Part shown: in pieces, positions 17,394-26,213 of the stretch
Layout: each line of letters starts with the position of its first letter
Numbering within the stretch: the stretch's first letter is position 1
Source of the DNA: a virus
Lineage: Duplodnaviria; Caudoviricetes
Direction: 5' to 3' (one strand)
Length of the DNA: 64,000 nucleotides
Virus record (IMG/VR): IMGVR_UViG_3300028563_000021
Span: 873-64,872 of that record
Program-made: the position numbers and the translations under genes
Notes under the pieces: generated by a model
Database searches by the model: none
Told to the model about the DNA's origin: nothing
Seen by the model: the letters and a program-made list of their open reading frames with translations, nothing else

Positions 17394-17681
17394 CTATGCT
17401 GCCGGTGCTGGCGTTGGCGATGGAACTATGGCCGGTGTCGGCAACGTGCCAGCAGATCGGTACGCGGTGACAATGCCCGTAACAGCAGTCGCCAGCATTT
17501 GCTCGGTGCCCACCAGTAGGGGTTCAGCGGCGACCATCGTATTGATGACAAATCCGGCCTTGGTTAAGCCAGTTGCATTGGGCGCGATCACTTCAGCGAC
17601 TTGGATGAGTTGGCCGAGCGAAGGAAGCACAGCGATAAGTTGTGCCATTTTTTTTTCAAATGCTGCGAAGTCGAAAGACAT
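17394..17681 (-). CDS. hypothetical protein in the lysis cassette
   Basis: ATG 17681; amphipathic helices and a Pro-rich tail. Confidence 0.6.
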   Translation of the reverse strand: MSFDFAAFEKKMAQLIAVLPSLGQLIQVAEVIAPNATGLTKAGFVINTMVAAEPLLVGTEQMLATAVTGIVTAYRSAGTLPTPAIVPSPTPAPAA

Positions 17682-17682
17682 A

Positions 17683-17883
17683 TTATTTCCAATCGTCATA
17701 GTTACAAGTGATGAAGCTAATTGACTCGATGTAATCAAGTCGCTGTCGGACGGTGAATTGTCCGTTTTCGGTGCTTGGCATTCCGTCTGGAGGTTGCCAG
17801 GTGTTGATAACAAGTTCTGGCTTGCAGGACACGTTTGCACAGCCCACGATATAAAGGCAGGCGATGAGACTAAAGAGTCGCAT
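17683..17883 (-). CDS. small lipoprotein, spanin-like candidate
   Basis: MRLFSLIACLYIVG-C lipobox; C-terminal beta strands; lysis context. Confidence 0.6.
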   Translation of the reverse strand: MRLFSLIACLYIVGCANVSCKPELVINTWQPPDGMPSTENGQFTVRQRLDYIESISFITCNYDDWK

Positions 17884-18088
17884 CGCCGCTGGCGTTTTTT
17901 ACATTGCGTGCATTCATCGCATTGCAGGCAAGGTGCCCGACTGTGACGACACCAGCGGCCAGCGCAACGACAACCTGCGGCGGTGCGTCCCAGTGCAATA
18001 GGGTATTGACCGCCCAATCAATGACAGCCGCGATTGCCGCCGCCGCTCCTGTAACCGCCCCGGTTACTGCGCTTGATGTTGGATTCAT
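17870..18088 (-). CDS. holin-like two-TM protein
   Basis: Two hydrophobic helices separated by PPQV; directly downstream of the endolysin. Confidence 0.7.
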   Translation of the reverse strand: MNPTSSAVTGAVTGAAAAIAAVIDWAVNTLLHWDAPPQVVVALAAGVVTVGHLACNAMNARNVKNASGDATL

Positions 18089-18098
18089 GATTTCCATT

Positions 18099-18584
18099 TC
18101 AGGTTGTTGGTGTGTCGTACTGCGTGAGATTGCGGGCATGGATTTCTCCGCAAAGCTGCTGCCCGTATTGCGGATTTGTGCTGTAACCTGCGGCGGCAAT
18201 CGCCATCGCCTGAGATGGGCCGTCCGTGCATTTCAGAGCGGCGGCATAGCGGCCAGGCTTGCCATTATTAGCAAGGAATGCCGCATGATCCGCGATACTG
18301 GCCGCTTCGTCTGGATAGCTGCGAAATGAGGCAGTGATCGTGTATTGCGAGTCGTCCGGACGATCTTCCTTTGTCGGCATATCGATTGTTGCGCCAGCCC
18401 ATCCTTGGCTTGACTTTATGCCGAAAAAGTTTTTCGCCTTCTGTGCCAGCCCACTGGACCCCCATGTGGACTCGAAAATAGCTTGTGCAATCGAAACACT
18501 CGCAAATACGCCCCACTTCTTTTGTGCGGCCTGCGCGCCGGGAACCAACCCGGCGATAAAATCAGTCTGTTGTTGCGGTGTCAT
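18099..18584 (-). CDS. endolysin, GH73 glucosaminidase (FlgJ-like)
   Basis: SVSIAQAIFESTWG...NFFGIK...FRSY...SIADH...GYSTNPQY. Confidence 0.92.
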   Translation of the reverse strand: MTPQQQTDFIAGLVPGAQAAQKKWGVFASVSIAQAIFESTWGSSGLAQKAKNFFGIKSSQGWAGATIDMPTKEDRPDDSQYTITASFRSYPDEAASIADHAAFLANNGKPGRYAAALKCTDGPSQAMAIAAAGYSTNPQYGQQLCGEIHARNLTQYDTPTT

Positions 18585-18585
18585 A

Positions 18586-18984
18586 TCAAACCTCTACTAA
18601 AAATGAATATCTCCACTCGCGCGGATTTCCCGCAAGCCCCGTTCTATCGGGGTGCGGATCGTGGACAATTTTTCCATTGCAACCAACAACGGCGTGCCAC
18701 ACTCCATTGCCGCGCGGAGACGGACCGGCAATTTCGTGATAAACGTCGACGCCGTCTTTCGTGTGATATATCGGGTTGACATGCCATAGCATTTCGAGGC
18801 CGCGCGCTTCCAGAAAATCGCCAATCTGGCCGTAAAACGGTTGCCCGGTATCATTCGCAATTTGCGCAAAATGTGGAACATCGGAAATCGGCAGATCAAG
18901 AGGCGATGCAATCACAGCACGCGCGCAATCTCCGCGCTGCCCGATTTCAGATTTCAATAAAAACTCTTGATCTTGTGGTGTCAT
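18586..18984 (-). CDS. papain/C39-like peptidase-fold phage protein
   Basis: Q...GDCARAVIAS...HAVVG....VHDPHP. Confidence 0.6.
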   Translation of the reverse strand: MTPQDQEFLLKSEIGQRGDCARAVIASPLDLPISDVPHFAQIANDTGQPFYGQIGDFLEARGLEMLWHVNPIYHTKDGVDVYHEIAGPSPRGNGVWHAVVGCNGKIVHDPHPDRTGLAGNPREWRYSFLVEV

Positions 18985-19430
18985 TTTGCGATTGCCTCCA
19001 ATATGTCTTCCCAGCGAAGCACCTCGCCGTGCCAGATAGCCGTTAAAATTGCCCCGACTATCAAAATCGGCGTCAGTAGTTTTGATACCTTGCTTGCGCC
19101 GCGCGTGCCGGTCGTGACGACATCAGCGGTCGCCTCGCCGAACTTTGCGAGCCTGACCAATCCAGCGGTATCGTCGGCGGTTTTCTGAGCAAGTTCGGCG
19201 GTCTTTTTGGTCATGTCCGTATTTTCCGCAAGTGCGGTGGTCAGTGTTTCGATGTGCGCGGCCAGGGTCGAAACGTTGCCAGTCAGAACGGCTACATCAC
19301 ATTTTATTTCTGTGAACTGCCTTTTGCCCTCCTCCAAGCTCTGCATCGTGAAATCCTTGAATTGATCGGCTGTCATGTTCGATCGCTGATTTATCCGGCG
19401 CTCTACGCGCGGCTGCACTTGGGAATTCAT
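18981..19430 (-). CDS. coiled-coil protein with C-terminal TM (holin/antiholin-like)
   Basis: ERR N-terminus, heptad repeats, TM LLTPILIVGAILTAIW. Confidence 0.6.
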   Translation of the reverse strand: MNSQVQPRVERRINQRSNMTADQFKDFTMQSLEEGKRQFTEIKCDVAVLTGNVSTLAAHIETLTTALAENTDMTKKTAELAQKTADDTAGLVRLAKFGEATADVVTTGTRGASKVSKLLTPILIVGAILTAIWHGEVLRWEDILEAIAK

Positions 19431-20026
19431 ACGATCGCCTCATCTGGCATCAAAATGAATCCGGCCTTTTTTGGGAAAATCTGCAAGACCCACTCAGGGA
19501 ACGTGGACAGGTGAATACCATGATTTTTTCGAATGTGGAATTTCTCGTTTAGTGGGAGCATGTTGTATTTGCTATCTACGAACTCGACCGGGTTCGCCGG
19601 GTCGAATGTAGTCCAATCCATACCCCAGCACACCTCAAGCCATTTACAGAACTTGAACAGCAAAGACTCTTCCGCAGAAAAGAATTCACCTGGCACAGGT
19701 TGATCCGTCCCCAAATCCAAAACCGGCATTTGCGTGATAGTTCCCGTCGCTATTCCCTTGACCTGTATCCAATCAATCTCGTCACGCGCTGCATATTCGC
19801 ACATTACATGATGATATTGCGGGTGTGGTTGTCCAGAAATTGCACAGACTGCCCCGCGATTATCCTCCCCCCGCTTCATCCTCTCAAAATAGATAGAAGG
19901 TTTGCGCGGTTCCGGCTCGTCGATGTAGAACAAATCAACATGCATCGTCGCGCTGATTTCGTGTTCACCTTTTGGTGCGAGCGTGTCTCTCTGTTCGTGG
20001 TCTTGCGTGACGGGAGTTTGCGACAT
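19427..20026 (-). CDS. HNH-like nuclease-fold protein
   Basis: CAISG...YHHVMCEY...NMLPLNEKFH....GIH; GGAG RBS before ATG 20026. Confidence 0.55.
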   Translation of the reverse strand: MSQTPVTQDHEQRDTLAPKGEHEISATMHVDLFYIDEPEPRKPSIYFERMKRGEDNRGAVCAISGQPHPQYHHVMCEYAARDEIDWIQVKGIATGTITQMPVLDLGTDQPVPGEFFSAEESLLFKFCKWLEVCWGMDWTTFDPANPVEFVDSKYNMLPLNEKFHIRKNHGIHLSTFPEWVLQIFPKKAGFILMPDEAIV

Positions 20027-20040
20027 TGTTTTTCCTCCGT

Positions 20041-20739
20041 TTAAAATGTGTATTCGATGCCGATGAATGGCGAGACACCGGCGGCACTTGATGCAACGGG
20101 GCGATACCACGTCTGCTGTCTTGATACCGGGTCAAATTGGGAATTGGTCGCGTGCGTTGGAATGATCTTGCCGACCAATGCAAAGCGTTCGCTGAATTGA
20201 TAGCCGACCGTCGCGCCGATGCTCAATGTGTTCGCCACCTGATGGTCAACGTGCGAAACAATTGGCCCGACACGATAATTCGGCGGCGGCCCATACCAAT
20301 CGAAATTGGTGTTTTCGTAGCTCATGCGGGTAACGTAGAGATCGCCTTCGACAAACCAGTTGTCGATTTTCTTGCGGACGCCAATATATGCAAACGGTTC
20401 ATCGCCTTGACCCTGCATGTGCGACAACGGGCCGCAATTCGTCACGCAATTGTCGATGTTGTAAATCATCGCATCGGAAGTGAAACGACCGGCATTTCCT
20501 AAACCGCCGCCGATTTGCCATCCATCCGCGAACGGGTCGGTATAAACACCAATGGAGCCGGACAACGACTTCAAGCGAAGCGTGTAAGGCGTCGTCGTCG
20601 TGCATTGAAACCAGTTCCCGCACGGCGCGCGCAGATAATCCGTCATGCCGATGTCGACCTTGATTTCAAGGGCATTCGCGTAACCACATAAAGCGATCGC
20701 GCATAAAAAAAGCGCCAAAAGGCTCTGCATATTGAGCAT
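20041..20739 (-). CDS. outer-membrane beta-barrel protein
   Basis: Signal peptide ending YANA, amphipathic strands, C-terminal GIEYTF BAM signal. Confidence 0.75.
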   Translation of the reverse strand: MLNMQSLLALFLCAIALCGYANALEIKVDIGMTDYLRAPCGNWFQCTTTTPYTLRLKSLSGSIGVYTDPFADGWQIGGGLGNAGRFTSDAMIYNIDNCVTNCGPLSHMQGQGDEPFAYIGVRKKIDNWFVEGDLYVTRMSYENTNFDWYGPPPNYRVGPIVSHVDHQVANTLSIGATVGYQFSERFALVGKIIPTHATNSQFDPVSRQQTWYRPVASSAAGVSPFIGIEYTF

Positions 20740-20759
20740 GATTTTTCCTATGAGGTGAA

Positions 20760-23744
20760 TTATTTCCTGCGGCGACGTATCTTTGCTGGCCGAACGCAAA
20801 TACCTTTGACGTATCGTATTGAGCACAATGCTGTACGCAGTTCTCGAATCTCTATCTGCTGCTTTTCAATTTCCTTTTGTTCTTCTTGAATCGCCTTTGT
20901 TAGAACTGCTGCCATTTGCATATACCTGACACCGCGCGTCTGACCGTCGTCTTGAAATGAAACAAGTCGCTTATCAACTTCGGCCACATCTTCAGCAATG
21001 AACCCCACTTGACGACCTAAGTGTTCCGGGTCAAATTCCGGCTTCAGTTCATATTCAACAGGCCGCAAAGCGAGTGCTTCCGCCAAGCTGTCGCCGAGCG
21101 GAATTATGTTTTGTTTATACCGTCCGGCAGAGGCCAAGCAGGAGAGCGTAGTATCAACAGTTACGTTTCCGGTAGAGGTTGTCCAGCAAAGTGTTCCGGT
21201 GGTCGCCGAACTGGAAGAGGCCAGTCCAGGTAGCGTTACTGCGCCTGAGACTGCAAGTGTACCTGTTACTTCAACTTGATGAGTTGGGGCTGTAGTAGAG
21301 CCGAATGCCGTATTTCCTTTTAAAAAATTGTTAGCTGTGCCGTCAAGATATAAGCAGCCTTTAGCCGATCCTGACGAGATAAGACACCTAATTCCCATAT
21401 TCAGCGACGTACCGTGTGTCAGGTCAGGGATATAAACGCCATACTGCTGCGTGATCGCCGATCCTGAGCCAAGCACCGCGTCAGCAACAGTTAAACCAGC
21501 GCGCGATCCCATCGTATATGAGCCTGCCGCCAAAATACCGCCAGCGTATAAGTCGCTACCCGAACTCGTCGCCGCTGCCGTGTAAGTGGGAACAGAGGAG
21601 ATACCAATTTGCGCGGTTCCGGCGAACGTCCCCGACCCGCTTGCTGTTATCAAATTGTTTGCACTTGTTGCCCCTGCTGCCAAAATCGGGGCAGTTGCGC
21701 TTGTCGAAAAAGTTCCGGCCATCCCGTAAATAGTTGACCACCTGTACGACGCCGACCCCAGCGTGGTTGTGTTGTCAACGTATGGTGTGAAGTACGACGT
21801 GCTGACTTGGGTAAAACCGCTTGTCGTGCCACTGAAAAAATTGGTCAGAGCGCCAGACGCATCGCCAAGGTATAAATAGCCATGCACGTAATCCATTTCG
21901 ATACGCGGGTAAGTATCCCCTTTGCGCTTGCCGTACATGAATTGCGCACTATTAGAATAAGACCAATCGTTGGCCCCGGCCAACTCAGGCAAAGTACCAG
22001 CTTCGTAAAAAAGGTTAATTGGGCTTGAACTTGACGCACCGTTCTGAATTCCGATAGCGCCATCTGTACTCCGGTAATCGCCATTGTAGCCGCGCATGGA
22101 GTTTTTCAAGCCGCCACCGCCAGCCGTCGAATAGGTAAATTGAATTGCGTCAACGTTGTACCCTGCGTCAATTATATTTCCCGATGCCTCTGTTGTGTTG
22201 TCAGGGGCATAGTATTCGACTTTGGGGGGAGCCGATTCCCATCTGGCTTGCAATAATGTATTGTTAGCACCGGAGTTGACAACATGATACTGCGGGGTGT
22301 TACCCTCAATAGATGGTTTGATAAACAGATTGTTGTTGACTGCGTGTGTAGCGGATGGGCTTAGCAAGATGTGGTAGACGCCGGTAACGTTCGTGCCTTC
22401 AGCCGAGTTTTGACTAAACCGACCGCCATAAAAATTATTCTCATTGACCCACGATGACGAGTCGCCGGGGTTCAATTGTAAATTCACTTGACCGTTTTCC
22501 ATCCACCCCATGAAATAGTCATTGTAGACATTGCCATATCCGCCGTATGAAGTAATAAGCGCACTTGTTGCAAAGTTGTTAGTGGTGCCAAAGTACACTC
22601 TGCTAGAGTAGGCATTAACCACGCGGACGCCAATGCCTTGGCCTGCCCACCCCGTACCAGGCTTCGTCATGTTGTTAATAGCAGGAAGCCAAACATTGTG
22701 AGAAATAAATGGCGTCGTCGGATTCGTGGCGTTGCCAGTTGACACTTCTACCGCGATCGTTGGTGTACCGTAGACATTAAATATCGCGTTCGAAAAATCC
22801 GCGTCGCAAGTGATAGTTACCTGTGAACTTGTTTTAAAAGTTCCAACTGCAACGACCTTGCCTCCAATTGATGTTGCATAATTGATCGCATTTTGGACAG
22901 CTGTAGTTGAGTAATTTGTACCAGTGGGGTCGGCACCATAATCTACAACCGGGTCGACGATATGGACGCCGATATTTCCTCGTGCTATTGGTGCGCTAGC
23001 GACATCAGAAAAATTATTCGGCCCAAGCATGGCGGTGCCTGTATTAGCCTCAGCACGCCAAGCTGTATTCGCTGAGTCATATGTCCACCACATATCCCGG
23101 CCATGCCCAATAACAAACGTCGATCCGCTTCCGATTGTTGTTCCTGCGCCAGCAGTCACGGTATCGGACGCGGTAGCGTCAATATTAACAAGGTGTATTT
23201 GCGTGCCGTTTATCAAGCCGGTTGCCGTTGATGCTGGCAATGTATCTGTCATCGCGGTTCCGCTATTCGACCGGCGCGTTTTTTTGAAGAAATCGGCGGT
23301 CGCAAATACATGGCTAGCGCCGGTAATTGTCTGCGGTGGCAGTAACCCCTCAATCGTTCCGGTTCCTGGATTTGCAACAGAAACTCCAAATCCGAGCCAC
23401 GACGGAGCGCCAGCATTTTCCTGAAATAAACCAGTTCCTTGCGATATAAATGATGTCGTGTTTGCGCCGGTTTGATATGGTATTGAATTGGCTGCGCCGC
23501 CCGCTAGATTTTTCGCTGGCGCTGGAGGAAGGCTAAGCCAATTTGTACCGTTTGACGTGAATACATTGCCGGTCGTAGACGGATTGATATAATCCTGTTT
23601 CGCGCCAAAATAGCTATTCCACTGCCCCGGAGTTGGGACTTGTCCGTATGCGAAACCTGGATTGGATTGCGAAAATACATCGGCCGAAAAAAACAAAGCA
23701 AGCGCGCATAAAAAAAGCGCCCGCAGGCGCTGAAATTTGATCAT
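20760..23744 (-). CDS. tailspike/depolymerase-like beta-helix protein with C-terminal S74 chaperone and N-terminal signal-like peptide
   Basis: VDYGADPTG...TAVQNAI beta-helix cap, Asn-rich coils, S..RYKQNI...LRPVEY...GFIAEDV...Y..MAAVLTKAIQE. Confidence 0.85.
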   Translation of the reverse strand: MIKFQRLRALFLCALALFFSADVFSQSNPGFAYGQVPTPGQWNSYFGAKQDYINPSTTGNVFTSNGTNWLSLPPAPAKNLAGGAANSIPYQTGANTTSFISQGTGLFQENAGAPSWLGFGVSVANPGTGTIEGLLPPQTITGASHVFATADFFKKTRRSNSGTAMTDTLPASTATGLINGTQIHLVNIDATASDTVTAGAGTTIGSGSTFVIGHGRDMWWTYDSANTAWRAEANTGTAMLGPNNFSDVASAPIARGNIGVHIVDPVVDYGADPTGTNYSTTAVQNAINYATSIGGKVVAVGTFKTSSQVTITCDADFSNAIFNVYGTPTIAVEVSTGNATNPTTPFISHNVWLPAINNMTKPGTGWAGQGIGVRVVNAYSSRVYFGTTNNFATSALITSYGGYGNVYNDYFMGWMENGQVNLQLNPGDSSSWVNENNFYGGRFSQNSAEGTNVTGVYHILLSPSATHAVNNNLFIKPSIEGNTPQYHVVNSGANNTLLQARWESAPPKVEYYAPDNTTEASGNIIDAGYNVDAIQFTYSTAGGGGLKNSMRGYNGDYRSTDGAIGIQNGASSSSPINLFYEAGTLPELAGANDWSYSNSAQFMYGKRKGDTYPRIEMDYVHGYLYLGDASGALTNFFSGTTSGFTQVSTSYFTPYVDNTTTLGSASYRWSTIYGMAGTFSTSATAPILAAGATSANNLITASGSGTFAGTAQIGISSVPTYTAAATSSGSDLYAGGILAAGSYTMGSRAGLTVADAVLGSGSAITQQYGVYIPDLTHGTSLNMGIRCLISSGSAKGCLYLDGTANNFLKGNTAFGSTTAPTHQVEVTGTLAVSGAVTLPGLASSSSATTGTLCWTTSTGNVTVDTTLSCLASAGRYKQNIIPLGDSLAEALALRPVEYELKPEFDPEHLGRQVGFIAEDVAEVDKRLVSFQDDGQTRGVRYMQMAAVLTKAIQEEQKEIEKQQIEIRELRTALCSIRYVKGICVRPAKIRRRRK

Positions 23745-23769
23745 GATGTTTTCCTGTTTCTATTATCAG

Positions 23770-24714
23770 TTATGGCATACCGATTGATGTTGCGAGGCCT
23801 TGCAACCATCCATCAAAAGACGGCCTGTTATACATGCGTGGGCCGACTGCAAAGCCGCCGGTGTAGACGGCAAAACAAACTTTATTTGCACCCCACGGAT
23901 AAAGCAACGACACAAGAGCGCCATCGGTACCGATTCCGGTCGGATCGCTAATTATGTTTAATCCGATGCCGCCTGCGCCAGAATTATCGAAAACCGCCTG
24001 CCCCGTAGTGCCATTCCGAAACAAGACCACTGACGACTGATTGATTGCACCGAACCCTGTTGATCCGTTTGAAGTTATGCGAGCAAAAAGAGTTTTATCA
24101 GCAGTCGAATACCATTGCTGCTCGGTAGACGCTGCTATCCCGTTGCCGTTCAACAGCAACTGATTTTCAGCCGTTGTAACCAATCCAGTGGTAGTGGAAA
24201 TTGTGAAATTGTAGGTACCGTTCCATACCTGAATGCCGGTCAATGTACTACCCGAGTAGATGCCCTCAAGTTGCAGCGTCGGTGTATTTAGAACGCCCAT
24301 TGTATTAGTTGGCCCGGTAAATCCTGACCCTATCCCAACAAATCCACCGCCGCCAACATAATCGTATTTCCCAAGCCATCCATGCCCCGGAGTAGTGATA
24401 TCTCCGACGAGAAGCCATATATATCCATTTGGCACATCAAGCCAAATCCCGGCGAAATACGAATTTGACCCTGCTGTGCTTATATAGCCAGCGTTATAGG
24501 ATGCCAATATCGCATTTGAATTTGAATATGTGTAAAAATTAAGAAACTGCGATGTCGTCCCTCCCTGGATTCCTATCGATTTACCATCGTTTGCCGGATG
24601 TGCCCAGACGAATTCATAGCTCACAGGATTATGATTGCACGAAATTCCGCCGATCGACTGCGGAAATGGTGTAGCAATGTTGGCGTTCCCGCCGCCTAAG
24701 AGTTGAGTGGTCAT
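23770..24714 (-). CDS. tail fibre / receptor-binding-associated protein
   Basis: Gly/Thr/Asn-rich beta protein between the fibre and tailspike genes. Confidence 0.55.
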   Translation of the reverse strand: MTTQLLGGGNANIATPFPQSIGGISCNHNPVSYEFVWAHPANDGKSIGIQGGTTSQFLNFYTYSNSNAILASYNAGYISTAGSNSYFAGIWLDVPNGYIWLLVGDITTPGHGWLGKYDYVGGGGFVGIGSGFTGPTNTMGVLNTPTLQLEGIYSGSTLTGIQVWNGTYNFTISTTTGLVTTAENQLLLNGNGIAASTEQQWYSTADKTLFARITSNGSTGFGAINQSSVVLFRNGTTGQAVFDNSGAGGIGLNIISDPTGIGTDGALVSLLYPWGANKVCFAVYTGGFAVGPRMYNRPSFDGWLQGLATSIGMP

Positions 24715-25577
24715 TGCTGCATCCTTATGTTGATAATTTGAAGGTTCCCACTATTTGTATCCAGAACATTATTTGATAGCCGCGTCAGAACGCAATTCAC
24801 CGTTCCCGGATAACTCAGTGCCGCCGACGGAATGATCATTGTTGCAGTGGCGTAATTGACCTCGTTGTTTGCTGTCGATGGCGCGGTCAAAGTTTCGTTC
24901 GTGCTGGTGTAGCTCAACGCCAAGCCTGACGACGTAATATTCTGGTATTGAAACTGCATGTAAAAATTGTTGTTCGCAACGTTGCTCGTGAACGATATTT
25001 GCATCTTCACCGGCAAAGTCAGATCGATATTGCTCGTTACATCAACGCCCCAGAAAGCAGCCTGATTGAACGATTTTTGGAACTGAGTGGCCGGTGTGTC
25101 GAATACGGTTACCGCGCGCGCGGGATATGGGCCGTACGGATTTAAGATTGGGACATTGTATTGATAGGCGGTAGACAGAATGAAGCTTTGCCATCCTGCG
25201 CCGCCGGTATCCGGGTCTGACGTGTTGTTTTCGACAGTGCTAAGCCAAAGTCCATTCAACGTCGCTTTTGCCAATACAGCGCCCTTTGGGTATCCACCGA
25301 TCGCCGCGCTGAATGTTGAGTTGTAGACGTAAAATCCGCCCGCCTGCTGCCATTGCACCGGGCCTGCGAGCATGTTGCCGAGGCCGTTCATGTCACGGCC
25401 ATCTGGCAAGACGCCGCCCGATGCCAGCGCTACGAACGTTTCTGGTGGAAATCCGAGCGTCAACGATGCCGCCGCAGGATCAGAAGTCGTAGTCGGGATC
25501 GTGCGGATATAAGTCCCGCTTACCGCGTCGACAGCAAAGACGACTGGCAATTGTGCTGGGGCGTTGCTCGATTGCAT
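24711..25577 (-). CDS. tail fibre (baseplate-attached) protein
   Basis: AS...GFPP.T......GG..PDGRDMNG...IGGYPKGAVL...W.STVENNT.DP conserved fibre N-terminus. Confidence 0.85.
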   Translation of the reverse strand: MQSSNAPAQLPVVFAVDAVSGTYIRTIPTTTSDPAAASLTLGFPPETFVALASGGVLPDGRDMNGLGNMLAGPVQWQQAGGFYVYNSTFSAAIGGYPKGAVLAKATLNGLWLSTVENNTSDPDTGGAGWQSFILSTAYQYNVPILNPYGPYPARAVTVFDTPATQFQKSFNQAAFWGVDVTSNIDLTLPVKMQISFTSNVANNNFYMQFQYQNITSSGLALSYTSTNETLTAPSTANNEVNYATATMIIPSAALSYPGTVNCVLTRLSNNVLDTNSGNLQIINIRMQQ

Positions 25578-25585
25578 GCCTACCT

Positions 25586-26209
25586 CTAAAGTTGAACGAC
25601 GCTAGCAGCTACGCCGCAAGGGCGCGGCAGCACGCCGGAATTGAAAACGATGGACGACTGAACGGGCGACAATTGGAATGCGAATGTGTAGGTCATGGTC
25701 ATATCCAGACCGTCGGTAACATAGCAGACTTGGTCGGGGAATATCATCCGTAAAATCGCATTGAGACCAAGTATCGAACCATCCCAAATATTGGCCGCCG
25801 CCTTCGCGAAAAGAAGTTGCCTGAATGCGTCGTCAGTAAGCGAGTAATTGGAATTCAACGCCTCGCCGGAATACCATGTGTACCAAGCCGTTGGATTGCT
25901 GTCGCCGCCGGAATTCGCAAAGGAAAAATAAGGAGTTTCCGACACGCTCAAAACTCTGCTGACGCCAAGGATACGGCCCCATACATCAAGCCCGTATCCA
26001 ACTGCTGTTTCAATGTTCCAAAGTTGGTCATACCACGCATCGATATTCGCATTGGCATCGATCCACTGCGAGAAATAATCCAACCACGCCATGATTACCG
26101 GGCTGTTATAGTATTGCGAATAGACGGTATTCGGCCAGTAGAATGGCTGATCGCCAATCGCCGATTCCCCAATGATGAAATCGCCTATGCCGTTTGGTAT
26201 TTGCGGCAT
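25586..26209 (-). CDS. DUF2612 baseplate wedge protein
   Basis: SQYYNSP...TAVGYGLDVWGRILGVSR...LTDDAFR...LPRPCGV. Confidence 0.9.
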   Translation of the reverse strand: MPQIPNGIGDFIIGESAIGDQPFYWPNTVYSQYYNSPVIMAWLDYFSQWIDANANIDAWYDQLWNIETAVGYGLDVWGRILGVSRVLSVSETPYFSFANSGGDSNPTAWYTWYSGEALNSNYSLTDDAFRQLLFAKAAANIWDGSILGLNAILRMIFPDQVCYVTDGLDMTMTYTFAFQLSPVQSSIVFNSGVLPRPCGVAASVVQL

Positions 26210-26213
26210 ATTG

